The notes below the pieces were generated by a model. That model saw only the letters and a program-made list of their open reading frames with translations. It was not told the DNA's origin and ran no database searches. DNA of 44,248 nucleotides from positions 13,876,586 to 13,920,833 of the forward strand of contig NC_057752.1 of assembly GCF_004010195.1 (NCBI RefSeq), read 5' to 3'. Of this stretch, positions 1 to 10,120 are shown in pieces; positions within the stretch are counted from its first letter, which is position 1; each line of letters opens with the position of its first letter. The DNA comes from Chiloscyllium plagiosum (lineage: Eukaryota). Both the position numbers and the translations under genes were made by a program.

Positions 1-582
1 AGGTGCTGCATTTTGGGAAAGCAAATCTTAGCAGGACTTATACACTTAATGGTAAGGTCCTGGGGAGTGTTGCTGAACAAAGAGACCCTTGGAGTGCAGG
101 TTCATAGCTCCTTGAACGTGGTGTCGCAGGTAGGATAGTGAAGGTGTTTGGTATGCTTTCCTTTATTGGTCAGAATATTGAGTACAGGAGTTGGGAGGTC
201 ATTTTGCGGCTGTACAGGATATTGGTTAGGCCACTATTGGAATATTGCGTGCAATTCTTGTCTCCCTCCTATCTGAAGGATGTTGTGAAACCTGAAAGGG
301 TTCAGAAAAGATTTACAAGGATGTTGCCGGGGTTGGAGGATTTGAGCTGCAGGGAGAGGCTGAACAGGCAGGGGCTTTTTTTCCCTAGCGCGTCGGAGGC
401 TGAGGGGTGACCTTTTATAGAGGTATACAGAATTGAGGGGCATGGATAGGGTAAATAGGCAAAGTCTTTTCCCTGGGGTGGGGGAGTCCAGAACTAGAGG
501 GCATAGGTTTAGGGTGAGAGGGGAAAGATATAAGAGACCTAAGGGGCAACGCTTTCACGCAGAGGGTGGTACATGTATGGAA
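1..582 (+). mobile_element. CR1 (HER1-like) LINE ORF2 3' fragment
   Basis: Peptide LYRILVRPLLEYCVQFLSPSYLKDVVKPERVQKRFTRMLPGL, typical of the CR1 ORF2 C-terminal region; frameshifted. Confidence 0.88.
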
Positions 583-770
583 TAAACCAGTTGGACTTTA
601 ACCTGGAGTTGTGTGATGTCTGACTTTGTCCACCCACCCAGTCTAACACCGGCACCTCCATACCACTGTGTCCTTCCAGTCCTGAAGATGAGTCCCTCTG
701 GACTCCATGTTAACTCCCCAGATGCTGCCAGACCCACTGAGTTTCTTCAGCACTTTATGCTTTTGTTTGC
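580..770 (+). mobile_element. Two adjacent degenerate PLE terminal fragments
   Basis: 580-660 matches the tail of the 8185-8308 element. 676-770 has CTGAAGA-T-GAGTCC(CTCT)GGACTC, a hammerhead stem II with GAAA lost, followed by a GATGCTGCCAGACC tail like 13195 and 40861. Confidence 0.55.
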
Positions 771-1990
771 CCTGAAATCTCAACTTCCATTTTTGTTTTG
801 CCATATGAGACAGTCCTACCACTGAATGGGAATTTCACTCTGCAGGTTTTCACACCACCGTGTGAATCTGTTTATCATGTTTTATGTGGAACAGACCAAG
901 CTGCTCATGAGTGCTTGCCTGTTCAAAGTTTTACTCCATTTGTCAGTAAAGAGCAGAAGTTTGTCCCCACCTGCTCCCTGGCACAGCAATTTCAAAGTTA
1001 ATTGCAAATATTAAGACATCAAAGATCTTTGCTCTTTTATTTTTGGACTAGTGTCATGGCATCTTTATTACAGGAGGTAGAATAACTCTCTCTTCCAAAA
1101 GTGCGATTGTTGAGAATTGTTTTGGCTTCCAAGTCCAAGGGAGACCATAAGACATAGGAGCAGAAGTAGCCCATTTGAGTTTGTTCTGCCATTCAATGAG
1201 ATCGTGGCTGATCTGATAATCCTCCCCTCTGCTCTCCCTGTACCCCTTGGTCCCCTTTGTGATGATAAGACGTAGGGGTTTTTGTTTGCAGTTACTCTCT
1301 GTGTAGGTGTACAAATACAAATCTGTGCGACTGAAATTTGTGTTTTGCTTGAATTAATGTTGGCACACTCCTCTTTCTTCTTAATCACCTGTGTCCTCTG
1401 AATACAATTTGTAAACTAACAGCCCTGCTTACATTTTAGTGAGAAGTTTGTCTGAGACTTGCTACAGTCTGTGGAACTTTCCAGAGGACCGTGGCGTCTG
1501 GGCTGTTGAGTGATTTATTTTTGAGGCTGATTCTTAGATGTTTGACAGGCAAGGGAGTGAAATTAGAGTTTAGTGGATAGAAAGGCAAGTTGACACTGCA
1601 ATTGGATCAGCCAAGAGTGTTATCAAATGGCAAAGTAGGATTGACGCCTAATTTTCTTCCCAATTTTTATTGCTGTATGGCATTCTATTACTTTTTTTGT
1701 TTAAGAAAAGTGTTTTGTGGTCTATAGTCTGCAGATCTCTTGCAGCAAATAATTTTCTAATTGTCACAGCTTGTGATCTTGAGTCTGATTTCCATTTCCC
1801 TTGGGTTTTGGGACCTAGATCTTGTGCTCCCATAATTCCCCCTCGAGGAGGGTGATGTATGCTGGCTTGTGCATCTCCCCTTCTCCCTCACGGTTTTTGT
1901 TTGTTGTTCGAGAAAGCTGTTGCAGATTGGAAGGATTTTGGTGTGGGCAGAGGTGTGGATTGTACTTATTTTTCCCCAGCACCCATGTGG

Positions 1991-2011
1991 TGTGTGTGTG
2001 TGTGTGTGTGT
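1991..2011. repeat. (TG)n microsatellite
   Basis: Direct inspection. Confidence 0.9.
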
Positions 2012-2855
2012 ACTGCGTCCTATACCTGCGTGCGCAAAGAATGACAAGTGTGTAAATCTCTCTTTATATTTTACCATCAGGAAGAAAAGAAACACCCGAG
2101 TGGCCAGTGACCAGCAGTGCCCTTTGAGAAGGGCACTGCTGCATGGTCAAAAAAAGTGAAGGGGAGGGCAAGGATTAAATCAAAATAGAGTTGGAGGGGG
2201 AGTGTGGATTGTATGTGCATGTAGGAGAGTAAGGCTCAATTGAACTAAGCAAATTGGAACACCATCTGTGTATTCCTTCAATTGGCATTGTTTTATCTGT
2301 GCGATACACTAAAGGGCAGGCGATAGATGGATGTCTGATATTTGGCTCACTGCTGTTTTCTGCCATTTTCAATGCATTTACAAAAGCCACACATTACAGA
2401 TATGTGGCTCCTAACTATACAGACACCGTGCAGTGTCAAAGAAAAATCGCTTTAAACACACCATTTAAGCTGACTGAGCAAATAAACAGTGATGTTCCCT
2501 TGAAAGGATAATGTTGGCAAAAAGGCAATGAGTTGACCGTGAGGTGCTCCCTCAGTACTGCACTGGAATCGCTGCAAGGGGAAGGCTTTCTTTTACTTTA
2601 AACTGTGTTGATCCCACATGTTGGAAAAATTGAAACTTTTTCTCCCACGTTGTGGACTTGGTTAGGAATTGCTGCGCTTGCAAAGCTGCAAGAATCCCTG
2701 CAGTTTGTAAATGCCTCCAATTTCAAGCTAGCTTTCCACTTTTGCTTCCCATTTTGGGAAGACAAGGTAGATCTAGGTTTTAATCCTGATAGCTGATGAA
2801 ATTTGAATTCAATTTTTTTTAAAAATCTGGAATTAAGAATCTAATGATCAATGAT

Positions 2856-3556
2856 TGTGTTGCTGAACAAAGAGACCTTGGAGTGCAGGTTCATAGCTCC
2901 TTGTCAGTGGAGTCGCAGGTAGATAGGATAGTGAAGAAGGCATTTGGTATGCTTTCCATTATTGGTCGGAGTATTGAGTACAGGAGTTGGGAGGTCATGT
3001 TGTTGCTGTACACGACATTGGTTAGGACACTGTTGGAATATTGCGTGCAATTCTGGTCTCCTTCCTATCGGAAAGATGTTATGAAACTTGAAAGGGTTCA
3101 GAAAGATTTGCAAGGGTGTTGCCAGGGTTGGAGGATTTGAGCTATAGGAAGAGTTGAATAGGCTGGGGCTGGAGCATCAGAGGCTGAGGGTTGACCTTTT
3201 TAGAGGTTTATAAAATCATAGGATAAATAGACAAGGTCTTTTCCCTGGGGTGGGAGAGTCCAGAACTAGAGGGCATAGGTTTAGGGTGAGAGGGGAAAGA
3301 TATAAAAGAGACCTAAGGGGCAACTTTCTCATGCAGAGGGCAGTGTGTGTGTATGTATGAGCTGCCAGAGGAAGTGGTGGAGGCTGGTACAATTACAGCA
3401 TTTAAGAGGCATTTGGATGGGTATATGAGTAGGAAGGGTTTGGAGGGATATGGGCTGGGTGCTGGCAGGTGGGACTAGATTGGGTTGGGATATCTGGTCA
3501 GCATAGACGAGTTGGACCGAAGGGTCTGTTTCCACGCTGTACATCTCTCTGACTCA
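2856..3556 (+). mobile_element. CR1 (HER1-like) LINE, 5'-truncated with 3' end, nested in a tRNA-SINE
   Basis: QRDLGVQVHSSL...LEYCVQFWSPSYRKD; 3' tail GGACCGAAGGGTCTGTTTCCACGCTGTA; SINE sequence on both sides (2790-2855 and 3557-3770). Confidence 0.88.
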
Positions 3557-6439
3557 ATAACCTTGAATCCATTGTCAATTGTTGGGAAGAATCCATCTGG
3601 ATTCACTAGTGTCCTTCAGGGAAGGAAATTGTCATCCTTACCTAGTCAGGCATACATATAACTCCCAGACCCACAGCAATCTGGTTGACTCCTAACCACC
3701 CTCTGCCCATCCCTCATTGCTCAATAAATGCTAGCCCAGCCAGTGATGCCCTCATCCTGTGAATGACATTTCAAAAACTATTTGCTATCCCCTGATTGAA
3801 CACAGCAACATATAACATCCGAGAGCGGTAGCATTCATGGCAAGACCCAGTGCGTTCAGAAGGAGAACAAGTTGGGCCAGAAATGAACCCAATCTGATCG
3901 AACGCTTCCAGTGCCATTTGATGGACATTGTGGCAATGGTGAAGGTCGTTCAGCCCGTCGAGCCTACTACGCCATTGAATGTGATCGGGACCGTGACCTC
4001 AAATCCACATTCCCACCTTTTTTCACCCCCTTCCCCACGTAACAAGAATTAATCTATCTTGACCTTTTTCTTTAAAGCAGAGAATGCTTTTGTTTGGTCT
4101 GGTTTTATTCCCTCTTTTTAATGCACTGGCTCTTGTAGGAATTATCTGTGTTGGTACTGTGGTTTTTAAATGTTTGCCAGACCCACATCCATTTGCGGGT
4201 ACCACCAACAGCATTACGTCCTAATCTGGGGGCACTTGAACAGTGAGGAAAAATACTACTGGCTACTTTTCTTCACCCCCCCCCCCCCCACCCCACCCCC
4301 CCCAATCAAATGGGGTGTTATCGCAAACTCTGTGCCCCAACCTTCTTGAGATCCCATTTACCTATTGTCCTGCTATGGCTGACCTTCATTAGTTGCTGAA
4401 CTCAGTCTGGTTTTGAAAGTGTCTGTGTCTCTCAATCAAATTTAGTTAAATGCTCTTTGGGTTGTTTGGTGATTATGAAAGGTGTTACACTTACACACGT
4501 TAGCTGACCTGTGCCCTGAGGAGATGTTTGCCTTTTTTAGTCAGAAGACGTTTGACCTTTGGCCTGGAGGTGGGAAGGGTGGTTCAGTTAGGCCATGTCT
4601 CTTTTTGAGGCCTGATTCATTTGGGTTTGTTGAAGGTCTCTGGTTTTGATAAGCTACTTGCTGACCTTTTGCATTTCCTATCTTGACCATTTGTGTAATG
4701 GTCTTGTTTTTTGTCATGGGGATCTTGGGCAGGAGCATAATCCTGACCTGTGACTGGAGAGCCTGACCACCTTCTTTTGAGAAGTTTATTGGCTGTGTCG
4801 CGCCATTCCATTTAAAACCCTGTAGCCAAGCTGTTTGCTGCTTGGCTCACGCCAGAGCTCTGTACAGGGTATAGTCTGCCTGGTGTCAGCATTCCTGTAC
4901 AGTGAGTGTTTAACTTGTGCGGGGGGGGGAAGAGAGAGAAATCAAACCATTTACCCTTCTCAGGGGTAGTGGGGCTTGTATTTGGAGTCTGTAAAGAAAA
5001 CTGTTGGCTGCTTAAAAGATCTTGTCTGCGTTGCATGGATGCGGCTGCTTTTTAGATTCTTTTAATTTTGCTGTTGTGGCTTAATGGTGGGTGTTGAATA
5101 ACTTTGGTCTTCTGCACTCTGAAAGGCAAAGTGAATAGGGTCAGTATCCATTCCCAATCCAAATCTCTGCTGTTTTGCAGAGTAAACATCAATGACTGGG
5201 CCCAGCATTTATTGCCTATCCCTAGTTGCCCCTTGAGAAGGTGGTGAGCTGCCTTCTTGCAGTCAATGTGCTGTAGGTTAAATGCCCTTAGGGAAGGGAA
5301 TTCTAGGATTTTGGCCCAGCCAAGACTGAAGGAACGGTGACATATTTCCAAGTCTGGATGATGAGGAGCTCTGAGGGGAACTTGCAGGGGTTGGTGTTCC
5401 TGTGCATCTGTTGCTCCTGGTCCTTGTTGAGGGGGTTTGGAAGGTGCTGTTGGAAGAACCTTGAGTTGCCAAAAGAGGTCATGTTTTTTTTAAATTGTGT
5501 GTCTTCAGTCAAGGCGATGTAGAAAGTAAACTGGTTTCCACTTGTGGAATGGGGCCCAAAGTTGGGGCCACCCATATATAGTGGCTAGTAATGAATCTGT
5601 CAGGGAATTTGGAAGATAGTGGTCCTCTCTCACGTGACAGATTGTGTCTCTGTCCATCCCCTACCCCTGCGTGTGCTCTGGCTTCAAGTCCCACACCAGG
5701 ACTTTATAGTCAAGCAAAGTATTATTCCCAACGTGACCAAACATGTTGAGGGTCAACAGGCAAATCCTTCCAACACGTGCCAATAGCAGACAGTGAGAGT
5801 GTGAGATGTTCTTAGCTTGATCAAACATAAGGCTTCTGGTTTCAGATTAACACCATGTACTTTTGTGTTGTGGGAGGTTAGGGGTCAAACTGCGGAAAAC
5901 AAGCCGCATTCTTCATCCTGTCTTGTCTTGGATGGGGAAAGTAGTCCGAACCAATTGAGGATAAAATTCTTTACCTGCAAATGTTCAGACTTTGCACATG
6001 GCTACTACGGGGAAGTGACTGAGGTAAATAGTTATGGGTCTATTTAAGAGGGAGCTGGATGAACATGAGGCAGAAAGAAACTAGGCCAACATTAGTGAGG
6101 TAAGGATGGATGGTATGACATAGTCGGGCGAAATTGTCTGTCCTGCTGCTGTGAATACTTACTGATTCCCTGGGCCATAGGGAGGGAGTTTCTCCATCTC
6201 TCTCTTTATTACCTGCATACTGGGCACAAAGGTATCCAGGGATTAATGACTTTTGGAGGAATCCAGGATGAAGTTAATCATGGCATTAATAGGTTTGTTT
6301 TTGTTTTTAATTTCATGGTCGTAAAAGAAAAAAATCAGCAAGAAAATTTTAGATTACTTTTTTTTTTACTTTCCCCCAGTTGGCTGTGTCTCCAAAATGG
6401 AGGCAACTGAGGATAGGATAGCGATGGGAATGAGATGTC

Positions 6440-7215
6440 ATGGACATTTGAAAATAGTAGGCCATTCAGTCTTTCGGGCCTGCTCCCCTATTAATCACGG
6501 CTGATCAGTCAATTCAGTCTCCTGCTCCCACTTTCTCCCCCTATCTCTTTTAGCCCTAAGAACTAATCTGACTCCTTGAAAACATTTGTGTTTTAGCCTT
6601 GATGGGCCAAATGTCTGCTTGCCGCACTGTAGAAACTCTCTTCTCTGCGTGAAGATGTTTTTTTTTTCCCTCATCTCAGTCCTAAATGGTTTACCCTGTT
6701 TAGATTGTGACCCCCTGGTTCTGGACTCCCCCCACCATTGGGAACATCCTTCCTGAGTTTACCCTGTCTGGTCCTGTTAGAATTTTATAGGTAGGAGTGG
6801 GGGAATCTCAAACTGCACTGCATATAGTCTTAACCTGTACAACTGCAGCAAGACAGCCCTGCTCCTGTACTCGAACCCTCTCGCTATGAAGGCCCAACAT
6901 CCCATTTATCTCCTTCGCCTCCTGCAGGCTTACTTACAGTAACTGGTGTACAAGGGCACCCAGATCTCACTGGACCTCCCACTTTCCCAACCTATCGCCA
7001 TTTGGAGAATAATCCACCTTCACATTTCTGCTCCCAAAGTGGATAACCTCACTTATCCATATTACTACATCTGCCAGGTACGTACCCCTCACTCACTCAG
7101 TCCAAATCACAATGGAGCATCTCTACACCCTCCCTCAGCCTCTGCTGTTAAGTCTTTTAGAATGGATGCTAGCGTTTTCCCCACCAACCATGTCAGGCTC
7201 ACCAGTCTTTTGATT
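6440..7215 (-). mobile_element. Degenerate CR1 LINE fragments
   Basis: Reverse-complement similarity to the other CR1 copies (GTTCTGGACTCCCC, CTGCTCCTGTACTC, CCAAAGTGGATAACCTCAC). Confidence 0.65.
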
Positions 7216-8184
7216 CACTCACTCACTCGCTCGTCTTTTGAAAGTAGCAGAGTTATATTAGAGGGCCTCCAACCCATGAGGTGAAATCTCCTCCAGGGAG
7301 TTGGCAAGCTTTGGCTGTTGGCATAGAAATAGGCGGCAGTTTGCCCGTCATGCCCTCACTGTCAAGATCGAATATGGTTTGGAGCACTGGCGTTACCCGT
7401 TGTGGGGGTGAAGAGGTTGAAGGGAGAGACAGAGGAGCCTTGATGTGTGTGCTGTCGCTTCTCGACGAACTCTGAATCAATCTCTACCCCGGCCCTGCAG
7501 CAGGATGTCAGCTGTTTCTCTCTTGACTGCATGGAGCCAACACGGTTGTCATGGCGACTGCTTACTAGGCTGTTCTCAGCTGTCGCTGTAATCGTCCTTT
7601 GGCACCCAACCCTTTTCAGGAGGAACTCGACAGTGCCTTCAGCAACTCTTTGCCTTCTCTAGCCTGCTCTGCGAGGAAATATTTCTGAAGGGGATTTAGC
7701 TTTTGTTTTGGTCAAGATGAGGTAAAGTAAGGCTTCATCTGATCACTGTGTGTGTGTGTGGCTTTTATTGTGCTGTGTCAGTGTCTGTTTTCACGTGTTG
7801 CTGCAGATAATCTCAAACCTGTTGTGCATTGACGCGGAGGAAGCCGTTCAGCCCCTCAAACCAATTCCCACCATTCAATTAGATCTGGACTGGCCTGTAT
7901 TGTAGGTACCTACCAGTTTGTGGGGCAGGAGAGAAGCATTGAAGTGTTTCATTCAAGATGGGCAATGGGTGTACACCTGTTTTTGCTACAGATCTTTTAC
8001 GTTTCTCTATTTCTTTCAGGTGGGGCATCGCTGTCCATTTGCCCATTTTTAATACTGTGATTTCCCCCTACTGCCCATCCTTAATTGCCCCTTGTACGAA
8101 GTGTCTTGTTCCCCCATTTCAGGGGGGCAATTCAGACTCTATCATGTTGCTGTGGCTTTGCAGTCCTATGTGGTCTAAACCAGA

Positions 8185-8308
8185 ATTCTGTAAGAATTGT
8201 CTTACAATCGTATTCTCCACAGCCACCTGATGAAGGAGCAGCGCTCCGAAAGCTAGTGTTTCCAAATAAACCTGTTGGACTATAACCTGGTGTTGTGATT
8301 TTTAACTT
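8185..8308 (+). mobile_element. Penelope-like terminal (pLTR) fragment inserted in a SINE
   Basis: Hammerhead followed by TTCCAAATAAACCTGTTGGACTATAACCTGG, related to 580-660 and 30600-30650; flanked by TAAACCAGA/TAGACCAGA; the host SINE resumes at 8309. Confidence 0.7.
8224..8258 (+). ncRNA. Minimal type-I hammerhead ribozyme motif (PLE-associated), intact core
   Basis: CAC-CUGAUGA-A-GGAGC(AGC)GCUCC-GAAA-GC-UA-GUG: stem I CAC/GUG, 5-bp stem II, palindromic AGCU stem III, CUA cleavage triplet. Confidence 0.8.
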
Positions 8309-8637
8309 TAGACCAGATAAGAGCGACAGATTTCCTTCCCTATTACTAAATGTTGCCCAAAGGACGTTCGTCAGCCCACGTAGGTTTTTCCAATGTGACT
8401 TTATTTTCACCAGTTTTTAGATTTATTAACCGAATTTAAATTCCACCAGCTGTCATGATAGGAGTTGATCCACTGTCCTCTGAGCATTTGCCTAAGCCTC
8501 TGGGTAACTAATGCAGTGACACTACCTCTCCGCCACCCACTGAAAACCAGGGGAAAATCTGGAAGTACCTCTGACTTCTTTTTAACCTTCATATAATTGA
8601 GACTGAGTTTGGCAAATAAAAGAGGAGCCTCTGATTA

Positions 8638-8941
8638 TTAGATTACATTACAGTGTGGAAACAGTCCCTTCGGCCCAACAAGTCCACACTGACCCGCCAA
8701 AGCGCAACCCACCCATATCCCTACGTTTACCCTTTACCTAACACTACGGGCAATTGAGCATGGCCAATTCACCTGACCTGCACATCTTTGGACTGTGGGA
8801 GGAAACCGGAGCACCCGGAGGAAACCCCCACAGACACAGGGAGAATGTGCAAACTCCACACAGTCGCCTGAGGCAGGAATTGAACCCGGGTCTCTGGCAC
8901 TGTGAGGCAGCAGTGCTAACCACTGTGCCACCGTGCTGCCC
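8638..8941 (-). mobile_element. Full-length HE1-like V-SINE
   Basis: tRNA-like head (GGCACAGTGGTTAGCAC; GGTTCAATTCC), V-domain TGTGTGGAGTTTGCACATTCTCCC...CCTCCCACAGTCCAAAGA, CR1-like tail, TAATC end repeat. Confidence 0.9.
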
Positions 8942-9079
8942 GTTATCTGGCATTTGATTGTGCATTACTCGGCAAGATCGCAATGTCCCAATGCTTGGCT
9001 AAATTGTTATCCGGCATTCGAATGAAATTCTTCCCACCTGTGTCCTTCAGATAATCGAGGTTCCTCTGTAAACCAAAGA

Positions 9080-10120
9080 TGAGGCAAGTCTTGGTGCATC
9101 GGTACAGGGCCCTGGTGAGACTACGTTTAGAGTACGGGCTGTAGTTTTGGTCTCCTTACTCGGGAAAGGTTCCACTTGCACTGGAGGCAAGTTACAGCAG
9201 GTCTTCTGGGGATGAAGGGGTTTATCTTGAGGAAAGGTTGAGTAGATTGAACTCCAGTGAGTGTGGGGACAGAGGAATAAGAGGGTGATCTTATGGAAAC
9301 ATCCAAGTTTTGACTAACTGCTGAGGAGATGTTCCAGAACTAGGGGATCACAGTATTAAAAATGATGGGAGACCCCTTCCATACTGAGAGGAGGGTTGGA
9401 GAGTATAGCTGCTCAATATCGAATGGTGTTACTGTCACTGAATTCTCCCACTATCAACATCCTGGGGGATACTGTTGATCAGAAACTCATCTTGCCACAA
9501 GCACAGTGGGCGGCACGGTGGCACAGTGGTTAGCATTGCTGCCTCACAGCGCCGGAGACCCGGGTTCAATTCCCGCCTCAGGCGACTGACTGTGTGGAGT
9601 TTGCACGTTCTCCCCATGTCTGCGTGGGTTCCCTCCGGGTGCTCCGGTTTCCTCCCACAGTCCAAAGATGTGCAGGTCAGGTGAATTGGCCATGCTAAAT
9701 TGCCTGTAGTGTTAGGTAAGGGGTAAATGTAGGGGTATGGGTGGGTTGCGCTTCGGAGGGACTTGTTGGGCCGAAGGGCCTGTTTCCACACTGTAATGTA
9801 ATCTAATCACAGCAGCCATACAAAGCAGGTCAGATGTTAGGAAACCTGCTCACCTCCTGACTTCCCAAAGCCTGTCCCACCATCTACAAGGTGTTAAGAG
9901 TGTGATGGAATACTCCCCACTTGCCTGGATGGGGGCAGCTCCAATAACACAAGAAGATTGACACCATCCACGACCAAGCAGCCCCCTTGATTGGCACCAC
10001 ATCCACTCCCTCCCCCCACTGACACTCACTCAGTAGCAGCAAAATGTACTGTCCACAAGATGCACTACCGAAATTCACCAAAGATCTTCAGACAGCACCT
10101 TCCAAACCCATAACCACTTT
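9080..10120 (+). mobile_element. Old CR1/L2-clade LINE fragments interrupted by a V-SINE
   Basis: CCCTGGTGAGACTACGTTTAGAGTAC...TTTTGGTCTCCTTAC (LVRxxLEY..FWSPY) and TACAAG...GTGATGGAATACTCCCCACTTGCCTGGATG (MEYSPLAWM). Confidence 0.6.
9508..9808 (+). mobile_element. Full-length HE1-like V-SINE
   Basis: Same structure as, and near-identical to, the 8638-8941 copy. Confidence 0.9.

Noticed and set aside
1..3556. Similarity of 1-582 and 2856-3360 as a segmental duplication
   Set aside because: The flanks are unrelated; these are independent copies of one CR1 subfamily that also occurs at 31.7, 40.4 and 43.1 kb.
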